From: Cyanophora paradoxa CCMP329
Lineage: Eukaryota > Plantae > Glaucophyta
DNA length: 64,000 nucleotides
NCBI GenBank assembly: GCA_004431415.1
Contig: QPMI01000195.1
Span: 62,001-126,000, forward strand
Reading direction: 5' to 3'
In this document: in pieces, positions 36,921-46,395 of the stretch
Layout of the letters: each line of letters starts with the position of its first letter
Numbering within the stretch: position 1 is the stretch's first letter
Notes under the pieces: generated by a model
Told to the model about the DNA's origin: nothing
The model's database searches: none
The model's input: only the letters and a program-made list of their open reading frames with translations
Position numbers and translations under genes: made by a program

Positions 36921-38540
36921 GGCGTAGTAGTTTGTGACATAAATACTTGGGAACGTGTCCTGCAAACCAATATTTCCACCTGCAGCAACAATCTCCATTC
37001 CACGGGGAATCCTCACAAACAAAGAGCCTGACATGTCAGTGTTGGCACGAATTCCCTGCCTGTGGACATAGTGGTCATTCAAATATAGCCTTTCAGCTGT
37101 GTTAATTGATTTGTAGAGAGAGACAGCTAGTGTGACAGGAAGCTCAATCTTTGCGAACTCGGGCTGCTCATCTATTTCGCTCCAAATGTGTCTGTGATCT
37201 TCCGGTGGAAATTCAAGCGGAACAGTATCAAGGTCACCCCAGTCGTGTCTATGATCCTCTGGTGGAAATTTAAGCGGTTTATTATCGATATCATCCCAGT
37301 CGTGTCTATGATCTTCTGGTGGAAATTGCAAGGGTTTATTATCGATTTCATCCCAGTTATGTCTGTGATCTTCCGGTGGAAAATGCTCAGGTTTGTTGTT
37401 AATAGATTCCCAGTCCACTGTGAACTCCAAGGGGAAGAAAATAGGATCAAAGCCGTCTGGAAGCAGCTGCTCATGCGGAATCACAGGCTGCTCATACTCG
37501 AGTTCTTGAACATCTAAGCCATCAGGAAGTAACTGTTCTTCAGGCTCTGTGTACATTTCGAGCGGGAAAACTTCGATATCAGGCGGTAGGTATTCTTCAT
37601 GCGGATGCTTATAGGGTTCAATCACTGGGCGATTCCTGACAGCCTCCCACGATATAATATTTTGACCAAATGGGATTGTTTCATCAGCAACTCGCTCTCG
37701 ACCTGGTCCATCCGGGGTTGGCGGCTTTGGTAGCCCTGGAAGAGGTGGTATAGGTGGTATAGGGACAATAGGTCCGAAGTAGTAGTTGAAAATGTTTATT
37801 ATCTCCGGTTCAGTGATTACTTTTTTGCCATCTTGGTAAATACTTGTTCCATGAATATTGCGCCACTGCCTGGTGCGAAGCCCTAGATCGTAGCTGTCAT
37901 GTAATGCCGGGAGCAGGTGCCTATCAGCTTCCATCAGGATCGAGCCAAAGGTGCATCCAGGAATATCTAACCTGGTGGCTGGCTCGGTATCGATTTGATT
38001 TACATCAAAACCGTATAAAATATTCGCTTCTCGTGCAGCTGTAAAAAGTAGATCCCAGGGAAAGGGCTGGATTTGCGATGCTAGCACTGATATTCCTGCA
38101 TCGTCGCCAAGGAGAATTCGCCCTGTAATGTGAGCCGCAGTCTTGTTTGTGACAGCAGTGGATTCATCAATTAGACGTAGAGCTGATGTGTGGACCCCTC
38201 TATCATTTTGGAGCCTAAAGATTAATCTACCAGAATCATACTTGGAAACTGTGCCTGAGGAGGCAATGCGCAGGTACCTCGGCAACGCCCTGGATCCGAT
38301 TATTTCAGCAACATAATTCTCAGCTGGACCCAGACAAAATCTCTGTGCAATATCTGGGGCGCCAACATGTGAGTTGCGCAGAATTAATGCAGCTGGGCGA
38401 TTAAACTCAGTCTGGTGTATATCTTTGTCAGCATTGTAGTCAATTAGAGTACTCCCAAATACGCGAATATTTATATGCCGTTCATCCACAACATCTGGAG
38501 CTTTACGAAGTGGCACTGGCTTCTTCAAGATGTAGGACAT
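36921..38540 (-). pseudogene. 5' half of long tail-fibre-like gene, interrupted by the LTR element
   Basis: 19-aa repeats HRHDWDDIDNKPLKFPPED (phage fibre HxHxWxxIxxKPxxFPP type); LLPALHDSYDLGLRTRQWRNIH fibre motif. Confidence 0.8.
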
Positions 38541-38564
38541 TTTTATATAAGCCCCCTTTTAAAA

Positions 38565-39737
38565 ATGAAGGTCATTCTCTCACTATCAGGTGGAGGTGCT
38601 CGTGGAATAGTCATAGCCCGAATTCTACAGCGGATTGAGGCGATTACTGGGAAAGCAATACCACAGCTGTTTGATTTCTTTGCAGGCACCTCAACAGGGG
38701 CAATAATAGCGGCCGGATTGTCGATCCCATCAAATCCAGGCTCTGTTCTTGCTTACCGATATTCTGCAGGTGATATCTTGAGTCTATATCAAACGAACCT
38801 GCCAACAATATTTGCAAATCCAAGATCACTGACAAGCTTGCTCTCAGGAAGTCGCTATGATGCAAACCCTCTGGAGTCGGTGCTCACAGACGTTGCCCTG
38901 GACTACACAATTGCAGAATCGACAAAAGACGTATTAATAACAGCGTTTGATACAGTTCGGATGCAGCCCGTAGTTTTTACCAAGGATGGGCCATATTCAA
39001 GCACGCTGATTCGTGATGCAGTGAGAGCATCTTCTGCAGCGCCTACATTCTTTCCACCTAAGGTTCTAGGGGACAAAAACCTTGTTGACGGGGCGATAGC
39101 CTGTTTGAATAATCCCTCAGTTGCTGCACTCAGCCACGCCAGTAAAATTTACGATGCAGAAGATCCAATTGTTCTTGTGAGCATTAGCTGTGGTGAGGTC
39201 CAAGCCAGTGAGCAATTGACTGCAGGCTTTTCGAATTCGGAGACGTCAGGCTGGGGCGCTCTGGGCTGGATCCTATCCCTCTCAGGCAGCCCAATCATTT
39301 CTATGCTAATGTCAGGTAGCGAGCTGGAATCGCACTTTCAAATGCAGGAACTGCTTCCAGTTGATGCAGATAGGAATCTAACTAGATACTGGCGTTTAAG
39401 TGTTCCGCTGCCAGCTGCAGTCATGAGCAAGCTTGATGATGCCTCCCCATCGAATATTTCTTATTTGATTTCCACAACAGATTTATGGCTGAAACAAATC
39501 GAAATAAATGCTAAAATAAATGCACTCTGCAGCTTTCTATTGGCGAACTACGACCTACTGAACGATGAGAGACTAATCATATCGTCTACTTTAACAGTTG
39601 AGCCGCCATTTGATGTAAACTGGTTTATAATTCCAGATGCAAACATCATAAGCAACGACTTTGAGGAATTGCACCCACCTTCTCATGTGCGACCCAACTC
39701 AACAGGGTTCCAAGGTGGCACTCTACCTAATCCCTGA
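38565..39737 (+). CDS. Patatin-like phospholipase; the frame continues past TGA to 40043
   Basis: ILSLSGGGARG, GTSTG nucleophile elbow, ASSAAPTFF, DGA; ATG at 38565 after AAAA. Confidence 0.9.
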   Translation: MKVILSLSGGGARGIVIARILQRIEAITGKAIPQLFDFFAGTSTGAIIAAGLSIPSNPGSVLAYRYSAGDILSLYQTNLPTIFANPRSLTSLLSGSRYDANPLESVLTDVALDYTIAESTKDVLITAFDTVRMQPVVFTKDGPYSSTLIRDAVRASSAAPTFFPPKVLGDKNLVDGAIACLNNPSVAALSHASKIYDAEDPIVLVSISCGEVQASEQLTAGFSNSETSGWGALGWILSLSGSPIISMLMSGSELESHFQMQELLPVDADRNLTRYWRLSVPLPAAVMSKLDDASPSNISYLISTTDLWLKQIEINAKINALCSFLLANYDLLNDERLIISSTLTVEPPFDVNWFIIPDANIISNDFEELHPPSHVRPNSTGFQGGTLPNP

Positions 39738-40039
39738 ATCAGAGTCGAATTTCCAAAGCCTTTTGAGCTACATCAAATCATTGTGTATGGGCCAGCCTTT
39801 GCTGCCGGAGTCCTATTTAATTTCAGCATTCTGACCAACTTAGGATATTTACGAGACGGGTCACTATTTGAGAATACGGTCCTAGCAAATGTGCTTGCTG
39901 CAAACCCATCTATGACAGGCTTTGATCTAATGCATAGTGACTCGCATTTGATCACCCCACAGGTTTATAACTATGTGCAAATTATAACAAACGAATTTAT
40001 AAATGTGAATGCGTTCCGGCTTGATTTCCGGGACGTTAC

Positions 40040-40930
40040 CTAAACTAAAAATTGCAGTTCACCAGACCATGGCAGGCCATTCAGAGAGACGTCATCACCA
40101 TCTCTGTCGACAATGCGCAGTCGCAAAGAGGTCAGCACCAGACGTTCTTCGATGGGGATCCACTCGCCGTCGTGTTCCTGATTTATATAAACGAACTTGC
40201 CAACATCCTGGCTCATCTGGATTCGAGCAAGCCCGTAGTTGCACATTGTTTTGGCCCCACGGCGAAGCTTTGAAGCAAACGGCCGTAGCTCTTCGCAGAC
40301 AAGGAAGAGGTACTGGTCGCTGTTCATGTCGATTATCTTTGGAAATTCGACAGCATAACCAAGTGGCTCACTCCGCATTCTTCCGGTGAAATCAATGCCA
40401 TACTCAGGGTGAGCAGGTGTAACTGGAATGCCAGCAACCTCGAGATACCGCTCAGCTGCAGTTGCTGGTCTTTGCCCCCCTTCAAGCACGATAGGAGACA
40501 GCTGGAGGGACTCATTTCGGTTCAGCCCCAGCAGGTTCGATAGAGCTTTGAACTGGCAGGTCAGTGTGCAGGAACGGTTGCAATAGGCAGACATTTTCAG
40601 TGTCTCTGGGTCCCGAAACAATTTGAAATATGCGATTGAGATCCCTTCTAGCCTAATATTAAACGAGAGGCCGAAGTTGAAAAGATCTGTCTCTCCATAA
40701 TTTGCAGTCGTAATTATGCCTGGCTCAAAAACCTCCACATTTTCTGTTCCAATATAAGGAAAGGTGATCGAAAGATACTCATCTTTAATGCTCGTGTAAA
40801 GGCTATTTGCGAACTCACACTGGGTAAGTCGAACAGCAACTGGATTGATTATAGGTTCATTGATTTCGAGCACAAAGTTTGCCTCTGAATCGATTGGCCT
40901 TCTGTCTCTGCTGTCAAAGGTTAGCCGCAT
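40040..40930 (-). CDS. Minor capsid (penton-like) protein 1
   Basis: DSRDR..NFVLEI..VRLTQCEFANSLY; YLFLVCEEL; LARIQM; LTSLRLRIVDRDG..LNGLPWSGELQF. Confidence 0.75.
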   Translation of the reverse strand: MRLTFDSRDRRPIDSEANFVLEINEPIINPVAVRLTQCEFANSLYTSIKDEYLSITFPYIGTENVEVFEPGIITTANYGETDLFNFGLSFNIRLEGISIAYFKLFRDPETLKMSAYCNRSCTLTCQFKALSNLLGLNRNESLQLSPIVLEGGQRPATAAERYLEVAGIPVTPAHPEYGIDFTGRMRSEPLGYAVEFPKIIDMNSDQYLFLVCEELRPFASKLRRGAKTMCNYGLARIQMSQDVGKFVYINQEHDGEWIPIEERLVLTSLRLRIVDRDGDDVSLNGLPWSGELQFLV

Positions 40931-40957
40931 TTTTATTCTCTAACTGATATAAAAAAG

Positions 40958-41914
40958 ATGCCGACGGACTACGTCTGCATTGCAAGTCACCAAGCGGAGG
41001 AGCTGACATCCACCTCGAAATTTAAAGTAAGACTGCCTAAAGTTTATCAGGATGTGAAAGCTGTGCGCTTGGTATCAGCTGAGATCCCCAACACAATGAG
41101 CACAATTGATGCACTCGATCCAGCAGAGGATTTAGTGTTTGACACCTATATATATTGGTGCAAATATGATCCTGCAAATGAGGGACCCGACCCACCTCAG
41201 CCAGGCTTTGGAGCGTGGAATAACATTGCAATTCCACCTGGAAATTACGACGTCACCTCGCTTGTGACAGAGATAAACGAAAGGTTGACGGGAACAGGTA
41301 TCACGTGCACGTATAATTCAGCGATCAAATTAATAGGGTTCACAGCTAACTTCGAGTTCTTTATTGCTCTGATGTTGCCAACGAACCAGGGTGGGCGGGA
41401 AGTCAGAAACTACCAGGCCGTTGCAAGGGCTCAGCGAACTGCAAAGCTTCTAGGGCTGCGATCAATTCTACCGATTCGGTCAAAGACATTATCTATAAAT
41501 ACTGAATATATAGCAGGCGCTTATGAGCCTGATGTCACTCCCGATGATCATGTGCTCCTACGCATTCCTGAAATTGGTGACCTTGTCAGTATGCCGAACA
41601 CGTCAATACCTGGCTTCTTCTCAAAGCTGAGCATTCCAAGCGTCCTTCGTCCAGGCGAGATAGCATACTATGATTCAACTGAAGCACATCCTTTGTACAA
41701 GTATATTTATTCAAAGCTGGACCTCTACTCTGTGACTATTGAGATTTACGATTTTATGCAGCGAATTGCTGATTTAAATGGAGGTCCTGTCTCATTTATA
41801 CTCGAAATTCGTTATGGCCCAGATGAACCCAATGGTGATGTTGTCTACGAGCTCGCCAAGCTTCAGCTCCAGAAAAGATCGAAGACATATCCTTGGATCA
41901 ATTCGTCAAATTGA
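40958..41914 (+). CDS. Minor capsid (penton-like) protein 2
   Basis: FKVRLPKVYQDVKAVRLVSAEIPNT; IPPGNYDVTSLVTEI; VTIEIYD...DLNGGPVSFILEI. Confidence 0.75.
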   Translation: MPTDYVCIASHQAEELTSTSKFKVRLPKVYQDVKAVRLVSAEIPNTMSTIDALDPAEDLVFDTYIYWCKYDPANEGPDPPQPGFGAWNNIAIPPGNYDVTSLVTEINERLTGTGITCTYNSAIKLIGFTANFEFFIALMLPTNQGGREVRNYQAVARAQRTAKLLGLRSILPIRSKTLSINTEYIAGAYEPDVTPDDHVLLRIPEIGDLVSMPNTSIPGFFSKLSIPSVLRPGEIAYYDSTEAHPLYKYIYSKLDLYSVTIEIYDFMQRIADLNGGPVSFILEIRYGPDEPNGDVVYELAKLQLQKRSKTYPWINSSN

Positions 41915-41989
41915 GCTAAGCTCGCGGCACGCAAGCGAGCCTTGGCGAAGCGCCCAAATTATTTTCTTTCACTGCAATTATATAAATCG

Positions 41990-43378
41990 ATGGATGTTAC
42001 TCAAAATTTGCAGCGGCTCGGCCTCAAGGAGCTCCTGACAACTCCGCAGGAAGCTAAGGACTTTTTCATGAACAATGAGCTTATGTTAGGTCTAACCAGC
42101 CAAACAAAGCCTGTGCGTGTTGTTGTCAACCCAAGCAATGACTATGGAGACTGCTTCGGAAAGAGGGTTACTTATTTCCTGCCCCGGTACAATTTCCTTC
42201 AGGGGCTCGAACTGCAGTTCACCCTTCCAGAGCTGACTGCATTTACTGGTGACACTGACCTGGTTCGCACTGGGTATCTGCGGTCTGTTGGTGCTCTTGT
42301 AAAGCGAATTGAAATCAAATATGCTTCCTACAGCTACATCGTCCCTGAGGACTGGCTTGTTCACAGCGCTCTGATTTTCAATGATGATGCTCAGCTTAAA
42401 AAGAAGTACCGATCCGGTGGCTGGCTCCATGGAACACCACCTCAGGGGAGCAATCGCGCTGGAGGTATTTTCAGTGTAAAGATCCCCTGCCCCTGGGAGG
42501 GCTCAGTGCTTCCAATTGGTGCGCTATCGGGCGAGGTGTCTGTGGAGGTTTGGTTCCGTGACCGTGCCCAGGGCTTCGTTGAGACCAGCTATGGTGGTAG
42601 GTTTGTAGCAGAATATGCCGCAAACGGTGATGCCTCTAAAGATGATGGACTCGGGAGCGTAGGAGCTGCCGCTGCATCCCCTGCAAACATTGGCCAGAAT
42701 ATAACCCCCAATGTCCTCACTGTCACTCCTGCCAATCCCGAGCTATCGAATCCAAAGATTATAGCTCACTGCATCAACGTTGATGAGGCTACTTTTGCAC
42801 AGGTTATTGAAAAAGTCAAATCGTCTGGAATCGCCATTCCTGCCACTGAGGTTGGCTGGGTTGATGCTGACTCGATCACCTATGCAGGGGCTGGTGCACC
42901 TACCCGGATTAATCTGTCGCAGATCAGTGGGCTCTGCTATGGCCTTTTTGTTAGCATTCGCAAGCAGACAAATATGAACCAAACTGATGGAAAACACAGT
43001 GTCCTTAAAACTGAGGCCAATGCTCGTGACATAACTATTTCCTGCGAATTGAATGGCCAGCGACTTTATTCTAACGAGCCTGTGCCACTCTTGCAAGGTG
43101 CTGAGCTCATTGCTGATGTGTTCAAGTGCTCGAATCTCGACGCGCCTCTTAACAGATATGTTCTGAGTGGATTGCCATTTTGCATTAGTGGGGATAAATC
43201 GATCCGAAATGCAGCTCAAACTGGTTTCGTGGATCTCACCAACAGCAGCAGCTGCTTCCTGAATATCATGAATCCTGCCGCTTACGATGCAAACAACAAG
43301 ATTTACGTCCAGGTTCGCGCTCTCCTGCACACTGTCCTAATTGTTGATGCTGCGGGCCTTCGCAAGGTGAACCTCTAG
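41990..43378 (+). CDS. Major capsid protein (double jelly-roll)
   Basis: 462 aa, located between penton and ATPase; FGKRVTYFLPR..L..LELQFTLPEL, LVKRIEI, LPIGAL..EVSVEVWFR, ISCELNGQRLY. Confidence 0.75.
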   Translation: MDVTQNLQRLGLKELLTTPQEAKDFFMNNELMLGLTSQTKPVRVVVNPSNDYGDCFGKRVTYFLPRYNFLQGLELQFTLPELTAFTGDTDLVRTGYLRSVGALVKRIEIKYASYSYIVPEDWLVHSALIFNDDAQLKKKYRSGGWLHGTPPQGSNRAGGIFSVKIPCPWEGSVLPIGALSGEVSVEVWFRDRAQGFVETSYGGRFVAEYAANGDASKDDGLGSVGAAAASPANIGQNITPNVLTVTPANPELSNPKIIAHCINVDEATFAQVIEKVKSSGIAIPATEVGWVDADSITYAGAGAPTRINLSQISGLCYGLFVSIRKQTNMNQTDGKHSVLKTEANARDITISCELNGQRLYSNEPVPLLQGAELIADVFKCSNLDAPLNRYVLSGLPFCISGDKSIRNAAQTGFVDLTNSSSCFLNIMNPAAYDANNKIYVQVRALLHTVLIVDAAGLRKVNL

Positions 43379-43440
43379 TCGAATTGTCGTCAGACAAGCT
43401 GCCTTGGCTGCGCCTGCGAATCTCGGTAGTTAATTTTTTG

Positions 43441-44199
43441 ATGGATCAGTCTCAAGAGCTCGCACAGTTCCAGCCGGGAGACATGAGGGTCCCTTTCAAA
43501 GCCCTATTTATATCGAAGTCCAATAGCGGCAAATCGTTCTATTGCACAAAGCATCTGCTTCGACTGCTGTATTCAAAGATCAACCGAGTCGTCGTTTTCA
43601 CTGCCACCAAATTCAATGGTGAATACTCTGCAATAACTAAAGAGCTTTACGACGATTTTCAACCCGCCATAGTTGCAGAAATCATTGATTCGCAGCGAAA
43701 GTTGATCGAAAACAAAGAGAAAGCACCGCAGATATTGCTTGTATTGGATGATCTAGTGGCCGCCTCTGAAACTGTTGATCTGCGAAACAGCAAGGCTGTA
43801 AATCGACTTTTTACGCAGGGCCGCCATTTTAATATAAGTACGATTCTTATGACGCAAAAGCTAACAGCTCTTAGTCAATCTATAAGATCAAACAGCGATT
43901 ACTGCTTTTTCTTTAGTTATTCTAATCATACCGAGCTCGAGGCGATCTATAGAGAGTTCAGTCATCTCCCAAAAGATAAGTTCATCGCCTTGTTCGAGAC
44001 TTGGGCGCATGATTATCAGTGCCTAGTCCTGGATGGAACTAAGTATGATACGGCCTGGTACGTTGATAAAGCCGTTGAAGATAAGAGCTTTCGTTTTACT
44101 AAATGGCTTAGACAAAAAGACGAAGAAGACCTGCGCCCTAAGACCGAAGAGTCATCGCCTGTTGTCTCTAAAAAGAAGCGTTTTAAAATCTTACCATAA
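43441..44199 (+). CDS. A32/FtsK-like genome packaging ATPase
   Basis: Walker A variant SKSNSGKS, Walker B ILLVLDDL, LFTQGRHFNIS..TQ, IRSNSDY. Confidence 0.9.
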   Translation: MDQSQELAQFQPGDMRVPFKALFISKSNSGKSFYCTKHLLRLLYSKINRVVVFTATKFNGEYSAITKELYDDFQPAIVAEIIDSQRKLIENKEKAPQILLVLDDLVAASETVDLRNSKAVNRLFTQGRHFNISTILMTQKLTALSQSIRSNSDYCFFFSYSNHTELEAIYREFSHLPKDKFIALFETWAHDYQCLVLDGTKYDTAWYVDKAVEDKSFRFTKWLRQKDEEDLRPKTEESSPVVSKKKRFKILP

Positions 44200-44208
44200 G
44201 AAAATAAG

Positions 44209-44874
44209 ATGGGCAGAGGCATTCCTAAAAAGGGTTATCGCGAACGACGCAAGATTAATCCTGCTGAGTCAAACGTCGCCAGACAAGCTGGCTCGCCTGC
44301 GGCGCCACTAGTTGAAAGCGGCTCAACTGAGGGCGCAGCTGTTGCTGATCCTAGCGGTGAGCTAGCTAGTGACCCCCGTCTAAATGCACCTGTAGCTAAA
44401 ACGATTGCCTCCGCAGCTGCTAATGCCAGTGCAACCGATGACCGTCACGCCCAGGCTAAAACTGTAACTGAAATGCAGTCCGATATCGATGAGGATGCAG
44501 CCCGGATCATTCGTGCGATGGCGTCTGAACCGAGATACTCCGGTCCAAAAATCAAGACAGCAACAGTATCAAAGAGTCAGATCGAGGAACTAACAGCTAA
44601 ATTGCGAGATCTCGAGGCTCGATCGGCTAATATCGAATCATACGTTAAGGAAAAGCAAGAGAGAGCAAAGATCCGCGACATGTTGCGCAGCGAAATGTTT
44701 AAGCACAGACCCATGGACGTGCCGGATTTGCGGTATCTGAAAAACGAAAAAGGCAAAGCTGAGCAATCGCTTGACTCTGCCGAAGTAAAGCCAGCTACGC
44801 CCAATATTTCTGAGCCAAACGCTATTGGGTCACAACTGAAGGGAGCTCTTGGGGGGAGACGGATTCGTCTGTGA
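44209..44874 (+). CDS. PLV hypothetical protein (basic N-terminus, coiled coil)
   Basis: 221-aa ATG ORF 9 bp after the ATPase stop. Confidence 0.65.
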   Translation: MGRGIPKKGYRERRKINPAESNVARQAGSPAAPLVESGSTEGAAVADPSGELASDPRLNAPVAKTIASAAANASATDDRHAQAKTVTEMQSDIDEDAARIIRAMASEPRYSGPKIKTATVSKSQIEELTAKLRDLEARSANIESYVKEKQERAKIRDMLRSEMFKHRPMDVPDLRYLKNEKGKAEQSLDSAEVKPATPNISEPNAIGSQLKGALGGRRIRL

Positions 44875-45088
44875 AATCTGGTAGGTCAGGTAGTTCAACT
44901 GTAGGACGTCGCTGATGCAGAGTCGCATCTTCTAATTGACAAATCTCAAAAGCCCGCTGCAATTCCCTTTTATCGTATTCACGGAGATGGTCCCAAGACA
45001 TTAACCATTCGGCATATTTTGGATCGGTTAAAACTACCTTAAGGTGAGTCTCTCCTCGGTACTTTCCAAATCGAATTGTTCCTGGCAT
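44822..45088 (-). CDS. Small FGKY(R/K)G-motif protein (DUF3820/ExoX-C-like)
   Basis: IRFGKYRGET...DPKYAEWL; TATAAA upstream. Confidence 0.65.
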   Translation of the reverse strand: MPGTIRFGKYRGETHLKVVLTDPKYAEWLMSWDHLREYDKRELQRAFEICQLEDATLHQRRPTVELPDLPDFTDESVSPQELPSVVTQ

Positions 45089-45189
45089 TTTGCTTTATAG
45101 AAACCGCTACGATTTATTTTTTCGATTTGAACGCGCCATAAACGTTTCTCGAATTTCTTTCCTATATATCAATCACAGACCCACTCATA

Positions 45190-45507
45190 ATGGACAGTGC
45201 TGAATTCACGACTGCTTCCCGTCCACGAGGCAGGCCTCGCAAGAATATCGAGAAGCCCGTGCACATACGTACTGAGGTTACGCCAGAGATACTTGCAGAG
45301 AGGCGCAAAAGACGTGCAGAGCTGCAGCGAAAGCGATACCATGAAAATCCAGAATACCGGCAGCGGCAGATTGCTGTCTCCCGTCAATATAATCTTGCAC
45401 ACCCTGAACGAAAACTGGACAACGACCGAAAATACCGAGAGCGAAGGCGCACTGAAATTAGGTCGCTAATTGCGGCGGGCATAGTTTCCAGCGACCTTAC
45501 TGCCTAA
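45190..45507 (+). CDS. AT-hook basic putative DNA-binding protein
   Basis: RPRGRPRK followed by an Arg/Tyr-rich helix. Confidence 0.6.
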   Translation: MDSAEFTTASRPRGRPRKNIEKPVHIRTEVTPEILAERRKRRAELQRKRYHENPEYRQRQIAVSRQYNLAHPERKLDNDRKYRERRRTEIRSLIAAGIVSSDLTA

Positions 45508-46395
45508 TCGCAGCGAAGGCTCCCCTGCAACCTCTAGCTTCTTGAGCTCACGAGCTTGCCGACTCTGACCGCTGTATTTTTTCGTTTCAATTAGACCCTC
45601 GCGCCGTAGCTGTCGCTCTTGCTTTGCCTTGGCCGCAGCTTGTTCTATTTTTGACTGATTCGGAAGCTGTCTCGGGGCTCGAATTTCTGAAGGCTTGATT
45701 CTACGGCTTAATATCTGTCCCTCTTTGGTTGCGACCCTTATTCGGTTCCTGTCCTGCCCAACGACTGTGTACGTCTCCTTGCTCCGTTTCGTAGTTCCCT
45801 TCGCAAAAATGCTGCTCTTAGGCTCCAGTATCTGCACCTCAGTCCCTGGCTTTGGTAGATTCAACGCGTCTCTCTCAATGTCGTTCTGTCGTTGACGCAC
45901 CTGGTGCAGCTGGGCAGCGACCTGCGGGTGATCTCGCATCCAGGCTGGTGAATACTCTCTGCCAAAAGAGCTGTGTTTTGTTTGATTGTATGCCTTGATC
46001 AAAGCAGGCAGCCGGGAGAGAAAATTCGGCGACCCTCGTTCCTCTGTGTCTGCCTGAATCAGGGCTCGCAATGTCCGTGCGAATCGATCGATGATCCCTA
46101 GCTTGTCGCCTTTCGATATGTGATCATCCTTAGCGACGTCAGTGTGCATCGAAAATGAATTCTCTTCGGCCATTGCCCGCACAGCAGCCGTATTAAAGCC
46201 ATTGTCGCCCGAAAAACCCCAGATCCCCGGCAGCTGAGCGATGAATTTCGGAATCTGTTTAGCATCTTCAAGCTTTCTGACAACTGCGAATCGAGTTGCA
46301 ATCTCAATCGCTGCAAATAGTCGAAAACGTCCTATGAAAAGTATGTCGACTTGATATGCCCCTGGTGGAGCAGTAATTTTAAATGAGGGCGCCAT
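45466..46395 (-). CDS. Retroviral-type (rve) integrase
   Basis: YQVDILF..IEIATRF, SGDNGF, LGIIDRFARTLR, YNQTKHSS..SP, SH3-like G.EVQI..F.KG...YTV; agrees with the 6-bp TSD. Confidence 0.88.
   Translation of the reverse strand: MAPSFKITAPPGAYQVDILFIGRFRLFAAIEIATRFAVVRKLEDAKQIPKFIAQLPGIWGFSGDNGFNTAAVRAMAEENSFSMHTDVAKDDHISKGDKLGIIDRFARTLRALIQADTEERGSPNFLSRLPALIKAYNQTKHSSFGREYSPAWMRDHPQVAAQLHQVRQRQNDIERDALNLPKPGTEVQILEPKSSIFAKGTTKRSKETYTVVGQDRNRIRVATKEGQILSRRIKPSEIRAPRQLPNQSKIEQAAAKAKQERQLRREGLIETKKYSGQSRQARELKKLEVAGEPSLRLGSKVAGNYARRN

Noticed and set aside
37180-37420. Regular 57-bp repeats resembling a CRISPR array
   Set aside because: Coding 19-aa fibre repeats with synonymous variation and no unique spacers.
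29314-39737. Reassigned TGA (Trp/Sec) genetic code in the virus
   Set aside because: TGG is used widely, several genes end plausibly at TGA, and one of the two internal TGAs is a rearrangement junction.
41912-41990. Penton-2 TGA is in frame with MCP, with no stop between (possible readthrough fusion)
   Set aside because: Only ~25 codons, plausible by chance, and MCP has its own TATA-like motif and ATG.
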